Source: Gammaproteobacteria bacterium
GTDB lineage: Bacteria; Pseudomonadota; Gammaproteobacteria; JAJFJF01
Assembly: GCA_021774255.1 (NCBI GenBank)
Contig: JAJFJF010000010.1
Location: forward strand, 3,947 to 67,946
Reading direction: 5' to 3'
DNA: 64,000 bases
Shown: positions 20,266-31,379 of the stretch, one piece after another
Position numbering within the stretch: position 1 is the stretch's first letter
Layout of the letters: every line of letters begins with the position of its first letter
Notes under the pieces: generated by a model
Told to the model about the DNA's origin: nothing
The model's database searches: none
The model's input: only the letters and a program-made list of their open reading frames with translations
Program-made: the position numbers and the translations under genes

Positions 20266-20294
20266 CCCCCTCTCCCCTCCAAGGGGTGAGGGGT
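20266..20294. repeat. REP-like hairpin CCCCCTCTCCCC-TCCAA-GGGGTGAGGGG (family 1 copy)
   Basis: Read directly. Lies between the membrane-protein gene and proA. Confidence 0.6.
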
Positions 20295-20393
20295 TCTTTA
20301 CGTTGAATCATCATAGTTACCTATATTATCAATCAGATACAACGCTGGATCGTACTATAACATGACTTATTCAGTTGCGCACATAAATAGCGA

Positions 20394-21650
20394 TTACGCA
20401 GGCCGCGTTTGCCCGCTGCCCATGGCTATCCATTTGTAACTGGTGAGCTCCTGCAAGGCCATCGGGCCTCTGGCATGCAATTTCTGCGTGCTGATCCCTA
20501 TCTCGGCACCCAAGCCAAATTGCGCGCCATCGGTAAAAGCTGTGGAGGCATTCGCATAGACCACGGCGGCATCGACATGCTTAATAAAATAGTCAATATG
20601 CGCCTGATTAGACGACACAATGGCCTCGCTATGCTTTGAGCTATAGCGCGTAATATGCGCCACCGCCTCTTCCAGGCTGGTAACGGTTTTCACTACCATT
20701 TTTAATGACAGAAACTCCACGCCAAAATCACTTTCCTGTGCCGGCTTCAACAACGCTTCCGGGTAATGATTTTTTAATGCCGCATAAGCCGGCGCGTCAG
20801 CTAACACCTCTACTTTTTGCTCTGCCAGCGGCGCCAACATGTTTACCAGGTTTGCTAATTGTTTTTCATGAATGATAAGGGCATCGAGTGCATTACACAC
20901 ACTCACGCGCCGCGTCTTGGCATTGAAAATAATATCGCGCGCCATGTTGATATCCGCTTCATCATCGACATAGGTATGGACAATGCCTGCACCGGTTTCG
21001 ATGACCGGCACTTTGGCATGCTCGCGCACAAAATCAATTAAGCCTCTGCTGCCGCGCGGGATGATCAAATCAACTTGGTCAACCGCCTCTAAAATAAATT
21101 TCACCGCGGCGCGTTCAGGGGGTAACAAATAAATCACATCGGGTGAGACGCCGCAGTTTTTTAATACTTTATGGATCAATGCCACCGCCGCCTGATTAGA
21201 GCGGGCGGCATCCGAGCCGCCTTTTAAGGCAACAGCATTACCCGATTTTAAACATAAGGAAAACACATCAAAGGTAACGTTGGGCCTGGCTTCATAAATA
21301 ATACCAATCACCCCCAGTGGTACGCTCACCTTTGAGAGCGCGATGCCATTTGCCAGGGTGTGCCCCTCTAATACTTTGCCCAGCGGCGAGTCGAGTGTTG
21401 CGACGTTACGAATATCATCGGCAATGGCAAGCAAGCGAGACGCATCGAGTAGCAGACGATCGTATTTTGGATCGTCAGGCGACATCCGCTGAAGATCGTC
21501 TTGGTTGGCCGCCAGAAGATTTTCCATATGCTCAGGAATGGCATCAGCCAGCGCGAGCAGCACCTGATTGATTTGATCATCTGAAAAATCCACCAACTCT
21601 CGGCTAGCTTTTTTAACGGCGTTGAGTGATGCCATGATATCGTCTGTCAT
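20394..21650 (-). CDS. proA: Glutamate-5-semialdehyde dehydrogenase
   Basis: 418 aa, aldehyde dehydrogenase fold. Typical ProA N-terminus and catalytic Cys region. Confidence 0.9.
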   Translation of the reverse strand: MTDDIMASLNAVKKASRELVDFSDDQINQVLLALADAIPEHMENLLAANQDDLQRMSPDDPKYDRLLLDASRLLAIADDIRNVATLDSPLGKVLEGHTLANGIALSKVSVPLGVIGIIYEARPNVTFDVFSLCLKSGNAVALKGGSDAARSNQAAVALIHKVLKNCGVSPDVIYLLPPERAAVKFILEAVDQVDLIIPRGSRGLIDFVREHAKVPVIETGAGIVHTYVDDEADINMARDIIFNAKTRRVSVCNALDALIIHEKQLANLVNMLAPLAEQKVEVLADAPAYAALKNHYPEALLKPAQESDFGVEFLSLKMVVKTVTSLEEAVAHITRYSSKHSEAIVSSNQAHIDYFIKHVDAAVVYANASTAFTDGAQFGLGAEIGISTQKLHARGPMALQELTSYKWIAMGSGQTRPA

Positions 21651-22453
21651 GCGTTTGAAAGTTCCTCTGAACGATTTTTAGCCCGCGCCATGGCTTCCCC
21701 CATCAGCTGAACAAAGCCGTTGGCTTCCAGATGCGAAAGCGCGGCATCGGTGGTGCCTTTTTTCGACGTCACAGCACGCCGCCATTGTTCCGCGGTTTGA
21801 TCGGTCTGCTCAAGCAGCGCAGCTGCGCTGATACAGGTTTCTGCCGCCAGTTTATTGGCAAGCGCCTCACTAAAACCTTGTTGCTTAGCAAAAGCCGTCA
21901 GTGCTTCACAAAGATAAAAGAAATACGCTGGTCCTGAACCGGAGACAGCCGTTACCGCATCAAACTGGCTCTCGCGCTCAAGCGCATGCACCGCGCCCAT
22001 GGGTGCCAGCATTTTTTCAACAAACGCTTTATCTTCTGTGCTAGCCGCGTCATTGCCGAACCAGGCTGTTACACCTTTGCCCACTTTGACCGCCAAATTA
22101 GGCATCACACGGATCACCCGTTTTGCGCCGCTTGCCTCTGTCAGTCGTGCTAAACTGGCGCCTGTTAACATCGAGATAATTAACTTATCTTCCATGCTGG
22201 CAGCGGAAACCGCTTCGAAAGATTTTTCCAAATCAAATGGTTTAATGGCCAAAATAATGACATCACACGCATCAATGATGGTGGTAAAATCTGTTGAGGT
22301 GTGCGCGCCACTAAAGGCAGCGAGCTTCTCTGCATTTTTATCTGCCACATAAAGCACCTCACTGGGGAATAAGCTGCGCAAGCCATCATAAAAGGCTGAG
22401 CCCATATTGCCTGCACCGAGTAATCCAATTTTGTTGTGTTGTTGACTAGGCAT
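21647..22453 (-). CDS. proC: Pyrroline-5-carboxylate reductase
   Basis: [14 protein letters not shown]ossmann motif, 268 aa. Overlaps the proA start by 4 nt. Confidence 0.85.
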   Translation of the reverse strand: MPSQQHNKIGLLGAGNMGSAFYDGLRSLFPSEVLYVADKNAEKLAAFSGAHTSTDFTTIIDACDVIILAIKPFDLEKSFEAVSAASMEDKLIISMLTGASLARLTEASGAKRVIRVMPNLAVKVGKGVTAWFGNDAASTEDKAFVEKMLAPMGAVHALERESQFDAVTAVSGSGPAYFFYLCEALTAFAKQQGFSEALANKLAAETCISAAALLEQTDQTAEQWRRAVTSKKGTTDAALSHLEANGFVQLMGEAMARAKNRSEELSNA

Positions 22454-22488
22454 GCGTTGACTCCACCGCGTGTTACAAATGTGATTAT

Positions 22489-23565
22489 TTATACGTTAAT
22501 AAAAAGATAATCATAGTGTATTAACGGTCTTTGATTTTTTTGCCCCATTTTCTCAATGGCGCTCTCGGAATCATATTGTGCAATGCCGTAACCAATCACT
22601 TTGTGCTGCCGGCCTTGTATTTCAATGATATCGCCCTTTCGAAATGCCCCACTGACTTTTGTGATCCCAACGGGCAGTAAGCTGCGTGCTTTATCGTTCG
22701 CCTTTAATAAATCTTCTGCACACGCATTGACTGAGACCACACCTTTTTCTTTGCCTTTGGCATGCGCTATCCATTTCTTAATGTTCGAGACTTTCTTTTC
22801 CTTTTTAAATACCGTGCCCTGTGGCGTGCCAGCTATCACCTCTAAAATAATATTGTCTTTTTTGCCATTGACAATATGCGTCACGATCCCTTGTCTCGCC
22901 AAGTGTTGCGCAACACGACACTTTGTATGCATGCCACCCCGCCCAAAAAGCGAGCCTTGTGTTGCGGGTAACGCGTATTTGTCAAACCCTTTCTGATTGG
23001 CACTGATCTCTTTAATTAATTCGGCATCTTCTGCATCAGGGTGTTTGTTAAACAAGCCGTCTACGCTGGTTAAAATAAACACCGCATCGACATTGAGCAT
23101 GGATGCGGTTAGCCCTGCTAGCTCGTCATTATCCGTAAACATTAGCTCATAAACCGCAACCACTTCATTTTCATTAACGATAGGAATGATATTGTCATGG
23201 AGCAATGTTTTAAAGCAATTACGCATGCAAAGATAGTGGCGACGGTCACGAAAGTCTTCTTTGGTGGCCAGTACCTGCGCGCAATGCAAGCCTGCAGGCT
23301 GAAACAAGCGCGCATAGGTTTCGATAAGTTTCACTTGGCCGGTGGCGGCTAAGACTTGTCGCTCTTTTAGCATCGAGGCGCCCTGTGTCTTTTGCAGACG
23401 CGCACGCCCCGCCGCGACAGCGCCCGACGAAACCAGCACCACTTCTATTTTCTTTTTCTTAAGCGCAATAATCTGCTGCACGATCGATCGCATCACCGGC
23501 CGGTTGAGCAAACCGTTATCGCGGGTAATGACATTGGTGCCGACTTTAATGACGATTCTTTTCAT
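22489..23565 (-). CDS. proB: Glutamate 5-kinase with C-terminal PUA domain
   Basis: MKRIVIKVGTNVIT..VLVSSGAVAAGR, 358 aa. Confidence 0.9.
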   Translation of the reverse strand: MKRIVIKVGTNVITRDNGLLNRPVMRSIVQQIIALKKKKIEVVLVSSGAVAAGRARLQKTQGASMLKERQVLAATGQVKLIETYARLFQPAGLHCAQVLATKEDFRDRRHYLCMRNCFKTLLHDNIIPIVNENEVVAVYELMFTDNDELAGLTASMLNVDAVFILTSVDGLFNKHPDAEDAELIKEISANQKGFDKYALPATQGSLFGRGGMHTKCRVAQHLARQGIVTHIVNGKKDNIILEVIAGTPQGTVFKKEKKVSNIKKWIAHAKGKEKGVVSVNACAEDLLKANDKARSLLPVGITKVSGAFRKGDIIEIQGRQHKVIGYGIAQYDSESAIEKMGQKNQRPLIHYDYLFINV

Positions 23566-23660
23566 GATGTTCTGCTACGAAAAGATAACGTTTCCCTCAG
23601 CAAGCCTATGCCTATTCTATTTGGCTCACCCAGCAACGCTACCTTTTCCTAAGTATTTTC

Positions 23661-24122
23661 CTATGCCACTTGAGCTGGCTGAGGATCTTCTTCGTTAAAC
23701 TCGCCCACCTTGGTCGCAAACGTCCAGACGTGACCATCTGGATCAAGCACATTGGCAATGCGATCACCCCAGAACATATCTTCCGGCTCTTGCACGACGG
23801 TGGCACCAGCGTCTTTGGCTTGCGCAACTAAAGCATCCACGTCTTCACAGTAGGTATAAAAAGCGGCGCCAGGTTGCGTCTTGCTATTAGCCGGTGTTTT
23901 CGCCTCATTACCCCACGCCCCTTCCGGCGCAAACATCACGATAATCTTGCCTTGATAATGCATCTCCGCGTGGAACGTGCTGCCATCGGGCCCCGGTATT
24001 GCCTTGCTCGGCTCAAAACCAAAAGCGGCTTCATAAAAATCCACGCTTTTGTCGGGGTCGCTGACCGTTAAATAAGGCGTTAAGAAATTAATATCGTCTG
24101 GTTTCCACGATGGTGTTGACAT
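23661..24122 (-). CDS. VOC/glyoxalase-family protein
   Basis: LTVSDPDKSVDFYEAAFGFEP is the glyoxalase/bleomycin-resistance fold signature. Confidence 0.7.
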   Translation of the reverse strand: MSTPSWKPDDINFLTPYLTVSDPDKSVDFYEAAFGFEPSKAIPGPDGSTFHAEMHYQGKIIVMFAPEGAWGNEAKTPANSKTQPGAAFYTYCEDVDALVAQAKDAGATVVQEPEDMFWGDRIANVLDPDGHVWTFATKVGEFNEEDPQPAQVA

Positions 24123-24252
24123 ATTTTCCCCTTTTTCATGAATAATGAATCGTTCCCATCATATCGAAGGAATAAATGAGCGTCTACTGCTTAAAAATTA
24201 CCCGCCCTTGTTACTCCATATATGATGAAGAGCCTTTTCTACTATCGACAAT

Positions 24253-24960
24253 ATGGCGCGTTTTAGTTCGGGATGCATGCTTTCCTGCCTGGCACTGGGC
24301 CTGGTTGTGACAGCCATTACGCTCTCTGCGTTGATTACACAAAGCCAACTGTGGGACAACCGTCTTTCAGATGATGATGCTGCTTTTGTGGCCTGTTTTT
24401 CTTATGAAACAGCACAAAATCAACAACTTTGGAACAAAGGCGAGGACGATCGCACCCTCACAAACTTGCGAGCTGATTTTTGTGTCACGGCCCCTCCTGA
24501 TTGCACCGACGAAGAAGCGGCCCAAGTCTCTGAAGGGATAAAACAGGCTGAACACAATTTTGTGAACACCACTGCCCGAGCAGCCTGTCTTGATTCCCAT
24601 CCTCGCACCAACACCGAGCCTATCCGCGCGATTGGGTTTGTTGTAGTTTGGCTTGTCGGCTTCATCGGGCTTTTCCTAATCGCGGTGTTGTTTGCGATCA
24701 CACGCGCCCCAAAGCGGGCAAAGCAACGCCGAGCTGGCGACGACGACGAAGAAGGTCCAGGAGACCACGCAGGGGAAATTGGCTGCTGGAGAGCCTTTTC
24801 TGATTGGTGCGTTGATATGTGGGAATACGGCTCTCTGCCGCGTGATCAACGGCGTGATGGTGAAAGAAGAGGCTTGATCGGCGCCGCTGGCAGAAGGGTA
24901 GCCCAGGAAGATGACAGGGATCACGGCGACGATACCGATGACGGCGGTGGCGTCAACTAA
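24253..24960 (+). CDS. Hypothetical membrane protein with an acidic, Asp/Gly/Arg-rich C-terminal tail
   Basis: N-terminal TM, a second TM near residue 130, then DDDEEGPGDH...EDDRDHGDDTDDGGG. No recognisable family. Confidence 0.35.
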   Translation: MARFSSGCMLSCLALGLVVTAITLSALITQSQLWDNRLSDDDAAFVACFSYETAQNQQLWNKGEDDRTLTNLRADFCVTAPPDCTDEEAAQVSEGIKQAEHNFVNTTARAACLDSHPRTNTEPIRAIGFVVVWLVGFIGLFLIAVLFAITRAPKRAKQRRAGDDDEEGPGDHAGEIGCWRAFSDWCVDMWEYGSLPRDQRRDGERRGLIGAAGRRVAQEDDRDHGDDTDDGGGVN

Positions 24961-25251
24961 CCAACACACCCTGCAAACAACGCCCAACTCCCTCGCTATT
25001 CTTTTTCTTTTGCTTGGCTGTTTTGGCTTCCCTTTTTTAAAACCCTCCAGAACAGGGTCAGACATACTTAACAAGCATATCCTTCTTCTAATCCATCTAA
25101 TACACTACCCAGTTCAACCCCCAAATCATCTCTTACCTTCTCTCGGCTGAACCTTTTACAATTAATCCTAAAAAGACAAGCCTCCTCATTAATCAAAAAA
25201 ACAAACCCATAAAACCACATGAAAATCATGGGATTATGCTATCAGGCTTAG

Positions 25252-25287
25252 TTCGGACACTTATAGAGCCTCTATAAGTGTCCGAAT
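25252..25287. repeat. Perfect 17 bp inverted repeat TTCGGACACTTATAGAG-C-CTCTATAAGTGTCCGAA
   Basis: Read directly. Sits 28 nt upstream of the truncated ATPase-fragment ORF. Confidence 0.75.
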
Positions 25288-25314
25288 AAACAGAAAACTT
25301 TATTAATAGGGACA

Positions 25315-26031
25315 TTGTTTATTAATGCAGAAATTTATGTAGACCTAATAAAGATAATAGCCAGCTCAAGATACGGCGTTTCTAGAAAAGAATTAGAAAC
25401 TCATTCAAAACGGAAACAAGATGGCGGAAGGCTCACCGCTCGCTTAAACAATTTAGAAACGGCCGGGTTTATTCGATCTTTTTTACCTATTCATCATACT
25501 CGAAAGGGATTATATTATCGTGTTATCGACGAATTTTGTTATTTCTATTTACAGTGGGTTGCAAAAGAAAAACAGCTAATTTTATCGTTAGAATCTGATC
25601 ACAATTACTGGCAAGCAAAATTGAAAAGCCCTGCGTACCAAAGCTGGGCCGGTTACGCATTTGAAGCCATTTGTTATAAACATATTCCTACTATTAGGAA
25701 AAACTTGAACATCCCTGTAGATACCCATGTGGGTGCTTGGCGACACATTCCAAAAAAGGGCAACGTGGAAGACGCAGCCCAAATAGACTTGCTATTTGAT
25801 CAAGCAGATGACTCTGTCACCATTTGTGAAATCAAATACACAGATAAACCTTTTGCCATTGACAAGGCTTGCTATAAGAATATCTTGAATAAGATAAAAA
25901 CATACCAACTCGTTTCAAAAACAGGCAAACAGACCTTTGTTTGTTTCATTTCGGCCTGCGGCCTAAAGAAAACAATCTACTCAGAAGAACTGGTTACCAA
26001 TACCATCACACTAACGGACTTGTTTTCATAA
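25315..26031 (+). pseudogene. C-terminal fragment of an Arch_ATPase/DUF234-family ATP-binding protein; the N-terminal P-loop domain is missing
   Basis: RKGLYYRVIDEFCYFYLQWV and the following region match the DUF234 C-terminal domain. No Walker A upstream. Local GC is lower than the surroundings. Confidence 0.45.
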
Positions 26032-26328
26032 AAACCTCACTCAAAACGAGCAAAAATAGACGGCCAAAAAGTTAGGTGACGGCCTCAGTTGACAACTTCC
26101 TCATTGCGTGTTTAAATTTTGTCGACATGGAAAGTGCTCGTGTCGCACAATAATAATCATATCTAGACCACCGCGGTAATTTAACACACCGCACATCCCG
26201 CAAACGGACCGCAACCGATTCACTCGGCGGATGATTTGCCTCTTCAGGCGCGCATCATTTTTATTACAAGAAACACTTTTTCGCGCGCGTGCTGAAAAAT
26301 TTTTAATTGGTTTAGTTTGTGATTATTC

Positions 26329-27714
26329 ATGGCCCTACAGCGCACCCACCCCTTGCTATTCATGCTGCACAGCCTCGCTTGCTTAGCGTTCGTGCTGCTG
26401 TTTATGTTTGCGCCACAAATCGCAATGGCGTCAGCCTTTCAAAATAATTCACAAAGTGTCTCCGCCATGGGGCGTGCGCTCGCCGGTGCAGGCTCGTTTA
26501 CCAACGATGCCAGCAGTTTATTTTACAACCCCGCCTTGATGGTCATGTCGCCTTACAAGCAATTAACCGTTGGCAACGTTATTGATATCTATCATTACGA
26601 GCTTGAAACAGAAAGTGTCTCTGGCTTTTATGGCGGTGAGGCATCAGGCAACGACACCGATAAAACCCTCACCACTTATTTCTTGCCGTCGTTTTATTAT
26701 TCTCAACCCCTATTTGATCGTCCTAAAAACCGCGTGTGGTTAGGCTTGGGCGTCACCACGCCTTTTAGCCAAAATGTTGAATACGATAATGACGACGCGG
26801 CGCGCTACCAAACCACCAAGTCTTATCTTTATACGGTGAATATTAATCCCAGTGTGGCGGTACTCGTCACACCTCAGCTTTCACTTGGCGCAGGCTTTAG
26901 CGCGCAGTGGCTCGACACAGAATTCATGCAAAGTGTCGATGCGGGTGGTGGTTGGTGCTTTGTAAACCCCGAAGAATGCTATGGAAACGTCACGCCCGGT
27001 CATCCAGATTATGACGGGGAAGTAAAATACGATTCCGATAGCTGGGCGTTTGGCTGGAACGTGGGTGCATTATGGCGCTTTAACGATCGCAGCTTTCTTG
27101 GGCTGGCTTACCGCTCGGAAATTCGCCATGACGTAGACGGCGCCACCAGCACGAAAAAATTAAACTGGCTGGACGATCCTTATTTTTATGATTGGTTTAA
27201 TTACCGCGATCGTGACTTTGAGGGTCGTTTTTCAACACCGGCAACCGCCACCTTGAGTTTCACACACTTTTTCACGAAGAAGTTCGTGATGATGTTAGAT
27301 GTGCAATACATTTTATGGTCTGAGCTGAAAGATAATTACATTGAATATGATGAGAGCGGTAATAAAGAAAAAAACGATATCGACTGGAATGACACGGTGC
27401 GCATTGCCCTCGGCGGCCAGTACACCCTGGATCGGCAACAACGCTGGACCCTACGCTTTGGGATCGCCTACGACCCTAGCCCCTTAAGCGGCGACTCCCG
27501 CACAACGGCGGTGCCTGATGCCGACAGCGTCGAGTTGGCTATTGGTGTGGGCTATCGCATCGCCCGTACCTGGCAGCTGGATGCCGCTTACGCCCACCAT
27601 TTTTACAGCAGTGTGTCGATTGATGAAAGCAGTCAATACGGCAGCTTCGCCGGCGACTTAAGCGCCATGCGTGATCGTATTGGTTTACAAGTCACTAAAG
27701 TTTTTATGAGATAA
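26329..27714 (+). CDS. FadL/TodX-family outer-membrane hydrophobic-compound channel
   Basis: Signal peptide, then AFQNNSQSVSAMGRALAGAGSFTNDASSLFYNPALM, which matches the FadL N-terminal hatch region (GFQLNE.S..G.GRA.AGE.A...DAS....NPA). Confidence 0.7.
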   Translation: MALQRTHPLLFMLHSLACLAFVLLFMFAPQIAMASAFQNNSQSVSAMGRALAGAGSFTNDASSLFYNPALMVMSPYKQLTVGNVIDIYHYELETESVSGFYGGEASGNDTDKTLTTYFLPSFYYSQPLFDRPKNRVWLGLGVTTPFSQNVEYDNDDAARYQTTKSYLYTVNINPSVAVLVTPQLSLGAGFSAQWLDTEFMQSVDAGGGWCFVNPEECYGNVTPGHPDYDGEVKYDSDSWAFGWNVGALWRFNDRSFLGLAYRSEIRHDVDGATSTKKLNWLDDPYFYDWFNYRDRDFEGRFSTPATATLSFTHFFTKKFVMMLDVQYILWSELKDNYIEYDESGNKEKNDIDWNDTVRIALGGQYTLDRQQRWTLRFGIAYDPSPLSGDSRTTAVPDADSVELAIGVGYRIARTWQLDAAYAHHFYSSVSIDESSQYGSFAGDLSAMRDRIGLQVTKVFMR

Positions 27715-27724
27715 GGAATTTTTA

Positions 27725-29227
27725 ATGAGAAAAATCATCTCTACATTACTCATTAGCACACTCAGCTTGTTGCTGGCTTCAGCGGCAGCCGCTTTTGCGC
27801 CTTACCCCAGTAATTATTATACGCAGGGTGCTCAGCAGCCATTGTTACCGCCTCAAAACGTTGCGGATCTTATTCCCGGTTATGACGCTTCCGATCTCTT
27901 TGATACTTTTGATAGCCAATCTCTTCCTACCGGGTACAGCCGTGGCTCGAGCATCACGCTGCGCTTGGCGGGCGACCTTATGCCTGAGCCGCTTGCGCTT
28001 GATGGCGGAAGTGCCCTGATACAAGTTGGCTTGTTTTCATTGGTTGACCATTCGCGCATAGCTGTTCGTGTTCAATCACTTGGTGATGGCGTATTAACGG
28101 TTACGCCACAAACGCTGCTGACACCCGGCCATGATTATCTGTTTGTGGTGACGCGGCACTTGCCTTTCTTGCCGGCAACAGAAAATGGCACAGACTCTTC
28201 TGGTAACTGGTTACGCAGCACACCGCTTGAAGCTGCACAATCATTGCTTGAGGGCTATGGTATTTTTGAAGACGATGTGATGGTGCTTGCTGAACTCACT
28301 GTTCGAGAAGAAAGAGAAGTGCAACAGGATCTCACACCATCATTACAGCATATTTATCAGCAAACACCTGCACTCAAGATTAACCGCGTTGAACCGGTGT
28401 TGGCCACAAAAGCAAGTACACCTTCTGCTATTAACACATGGTTGCATGCTAATTTATCTGCCCTTTTGCTAAATGGCGAAATAAAAAGCTGGCCTGTTCG
28501 CATTGCTATCCCTCACCGTTTAAACCCGGCTGCGCCACTGGCCATTTTAAATATTGGCAGCAATGAGGAAGTCAGCTCGGCTCAGGCCGCCGCGCGCTTT
28601 GCGCGTCTTGGCTACGCGAGTATTCAACTTGGCGCTGGCAGCTATCAATCAGCAAAAACGGACCGCTTTACACAAGCGCTTAATGCCGGCAGCCTCGATG
28701 CGTTTATAGAGGAAAGTGCGCAGCATGCCCAAATGCTTACCGCATTACTGCGCGCGCTCCCCTCGCTCACCAACATGGACCTTTCCACACATATTGACTC
28801 TTTCTCTCAGCATACCCGTTTGAACACCTCTCACCCCATCATGTTAAACGTGGGGTATGCTGGCGCACTGGCGCTTCCTTTTATACAGCTTGCTGACAGT
28901 GAAAACTGGGGCCTGCATGCAGCAGCTTTTCTGGATGTAAACAAGAAAAGCTTAAGCGAACAATTGCTTTCTACTTATTACTATCACGGGCATTACGCCC
29001 GCTTAATAAAGAGCGGCAAAAATAAAACGGCGCTTTCTCAACAGCTATTTTTAAATCAATTACAACAATACTATTTAGATAGCATCGATGGCATTAATGT
29101 GGATATTTCAGCATCACACAATATCGCCACCCTGATGATAGAGACGCGCGTGCCGCATGCGGAGCGTGATAAAAATGAAGATGAAGCACCTGTTGAAAAA
29201 CTCATCACTTGGTTGACAACACTATGA
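27725..29227 (+). CDS. Secreted or lipoprotein hypothetical protein (500 aa)
   Basis: Signal peptide MRKIISTLLISTLSLLLASAAAA. AAGGA RBS 8 nt upstream. No family recognised. Confidence 0.5.
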   Translation: MRKIISTLLISTLSLLLASAAAAFAPYPSNYYTQGAQQPLLPPQNVADLIPGYDASDLFDTFDSQSLPTGYSRGSSITLRLAGDLMPEPLALDGGSALIQVGLFSLVDHSRIAVRVQSLGDGVLTVTPQTLLTPGHDYLFVVTRHLPFLPATENGTDSSGNWLRSTPLEAAQSLLEGYGIFEDDVMVLAELTVREEREVQQDLTPSLQHIYQQTPALKINRVEPVLATKASTPSAINTWLHANLSALLLNGEIKSWPVRIAIPHRLNPAAPLAILNIGSNEEVSSAQAAARFARLGYASIQLGAGSYQSAKTDRFTQALNAGSLDAFIEESAQHAQMLTALLRALPSLTNMDLSTHIDSFSQHTRLNTSHPIMLNVGYAGALALPFIQLADSENWGLHAAAFLDVNKKSLSEQLLSTYYYHGHYARLIKSGKNKTALSQQLFLNQLQQYYLDSIDGINVDISASHNIATLMIETRVPHAERDKNEDEAPVEKLITWLTTL

Positions 29228-31377
29228 TGACACAAAAATCTTACCCCTTATTCGTGGCGCTGCTATTGCCCACGATCGCTAACGCACAAGCCAGTGAACC
29301 CTGGCATGTAGAGCTTGTGATTAACAACCACAGTGGTCAAACAATTTCTGAGCGTACAACCACCCTCAGCAACCGTTATCCGGCGCCGGCGCAACTGACC
29401 GACGATGACTTTAGTAGCGCGCATCAATGCTTTGATGATTTGGCTGATAACGCAACAAGTCTCTGCACGTTGCAAGATTATCCTGGTTTTTATGGCCAAA
29501 CACCTCTTTCGGTAACGTTTGATAATTACACGCTCTCTGGCACGGTGGCTTATTCCTTCGCCGACAACCAAACACTACATTTTGGTGTTAACTGGGGAAG
29601 TGATCGCAACAGCAGCCAAAGTCTATCTTGCCCCGTCACCTTTTCAGGCGTCTCGAGAGATGACTACGTCGTCATTGTCTCAAGCAGTACCAACACCGGC
29701 GCACGCCAAGGTCAGTGTGTTTTTGATCTCTACCCTGCCGCGCACATGTTTGGCATGGAGCTTAACAATGAAACATCAACGGCCACCATCACCTCGACCG
29801 TCACGGTCATAGACAACATGGGTGGCGAGCCTTACATCCAGCCTTTTCCTGGGCAATATCCCGCCGATCCGGTCACACCGATTGACCCAAGAAAAGAGAT
29901 GGTCGTGCAAGAATACCAAGGCAGCGGCGAGGCAAAAACCTTCACCGCTACCTTTGAAGTTGAAAGTGGCAGCGGCCAAACCCACCCGCTGCCCGTTAGT
30001 TGGACACGCGATGCGGACGGCATGGTAAGCTGCATCGATAGCATCGTCATGTTAGATGAAGCCACAGGCTTGCACGGCCGTTTTAGCACAGCCCACCCTG
30101 TGCCGGACTGCCAACTTGATTTGTATCAAGCCGATCAGAGCACCGCTGTTTCTATCAACCTACAAAATCAGGCATACAATGTCACCACGCCTGTTCCGCT
30201 AAAAGTCGTGGACAGTGGCTTAGATAACCCTGAACAAAGTGGTTTTAATCAAGTGTTAGATGGGCGTGTTTTTCATCCCAGTACCTCGCCTGAAATGGAT
30301 CTCTTGGTTTATCACTACACCAACAATAATATTTCGCTTGGCGGCTTTGTAACCTATTGCATTGGGGATAATTGCACCGGCAATCCCACCACTGACGACC
30401 TGCTTACCATTAATTGGTCAACAACGTCGAATAGTGACACAATTACCTGTGGGCATGATGCTGCAGGGCTGCCTGCAGACTATATTCTCAGCGGCGATGG
30501 CACACGTTATGACAATACCTGTGAATTTAGCTTCCGCCATGTTTCATCAGGCTCGCCGATTAAATGGCAATACGTTTTTATTAAAAATGCAGCGGATCCC
30601 CAGCTTGATTACAACGCCGGCGACAGCTATGCCGATGAAGGCAAATTTCGTAGCACACCGCCCTCACCTATTATTGAACAAGGTGACTTCTATTTTGACG
30701 CGACGTCTGACGGTAACGGTTTAGCCGGTGGCGTGACCTATCATCTCACCGATAATGTTTATCAAGGCAACAACGTCTTGAAACTAAAAATAGATTGGAT
30801 CTTGCCTAAATACGGTGCAGGCCATCAATACCCTGTCAACCATGTTTGTGAAAGTGCGGTGCAACATGGCAACACCATGCACCCAAAATATCTTGTTAAT
30901 GTTGATCTCAGCAAACAAAGCGATACCGAGTTTGAATGTGAAGTGACCCTCACCCCAAATGACGTACACCGTGGCACGGTTGTATTTTTTAATGGCGCCG
31001 CCGGCGAGCGCTCTTTCTATTTTGAGGAAGGCAGCTTGTCACAAACCCCCAATAGTGTCTTGCAAGCCGAATTTGAAGACTTGCCTCGTGAAAACTATCA
31101 CTACCAACGTGGCAATGCCGATGACGATCGCAATGTAATGTATCGTTATTACTCTTATGATAGCGATTACGACGGCACGCTCTCGGCGACTGCCAGTTAC
31201 CGCGCCCGCGATTTTAGCAACCAAAATCGCGGTACCTTTACCTTGTACACCGAACATCCTCATCGCTGTGAATTTGAAGATGGCAAAACCAGTTGGTCGG
31301 GGGATGGCTTTACCATTAAAACACAAACCAGCCAACAAGATGGTATGTTGACCTGTTATCTCAAAATAAGTGATTAA
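29224..31377 (+). CDS. Large secreted Cys-, Asn-, Thr- and Gly-rich hypothetical protein (about 717 aa)
   Basis: ATGA start/stop overlap with the upstream gene at 29224-29227 (translational coupling). Signal peptide MMTQKSYPLFVALLLPTIANAQA. Confidence 0.5.
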   Translation: MMTQKSYPLFVALLLPTIANAQASEPWHVELVINNHSGQTISERTTTLSNRYPAPAQLTDDDFSSAHQCFDDLADNATSLCTLQDYPGFYGQTPLSVTFDNYTLSGTVAYSFADNQTLHFGVNWGSDRNSSQSLSCPVTFSGVSRDDYVVIVSSSTNTGARQGQCVFDLYPAAHMFGMELNNETSTATITSTVTVIDNMGGEPYIQPFPGQYPADPVTPIDPRKEMVVQEYQGSGEAKTFTATFEVESGSGQTHPLPVSWTRDADGMVSCIDSIVMLDEATGLHGRFSTAHPVPDCQLDLYQADQSTAVSINLQNQAYNVTTPVPLKVVDSGLDNPEQSGFNQVLDGRVFHPSTSPEMDLLVYHYTNNNISLGGFVTYCIGDNCTGNPTTDDLLTINWSTTSNSDTITCGHDAAGLPADYILSGDGTRYDNTCEFSFRHVSSGSPIKWQYVFIKNAADPQLDYNAGDSYADEGKFRSTPPSPIIEQGDFYFDATSDGNGLAGGVTYHLTDNVYQGNNVLKLKIDWILPKYGAGHQYPVNHVCESAVQHGNTMHPKYLVNVDLSKQSDTEFECEVTLTPNDVHRGTVVFFNGAAGERSFYFEEGSLSQTPNSVLQAEFEDLPRENYHYQRGNADDDRNVMYRYYSYDSDYDGTLSATASYRARDFSNQNRGTFTLYTEHPHRCEFEDGKTSWSGDGFTIKTQTSQQDGMLTCYLKISD

Positions 31378-31379
31378 CC

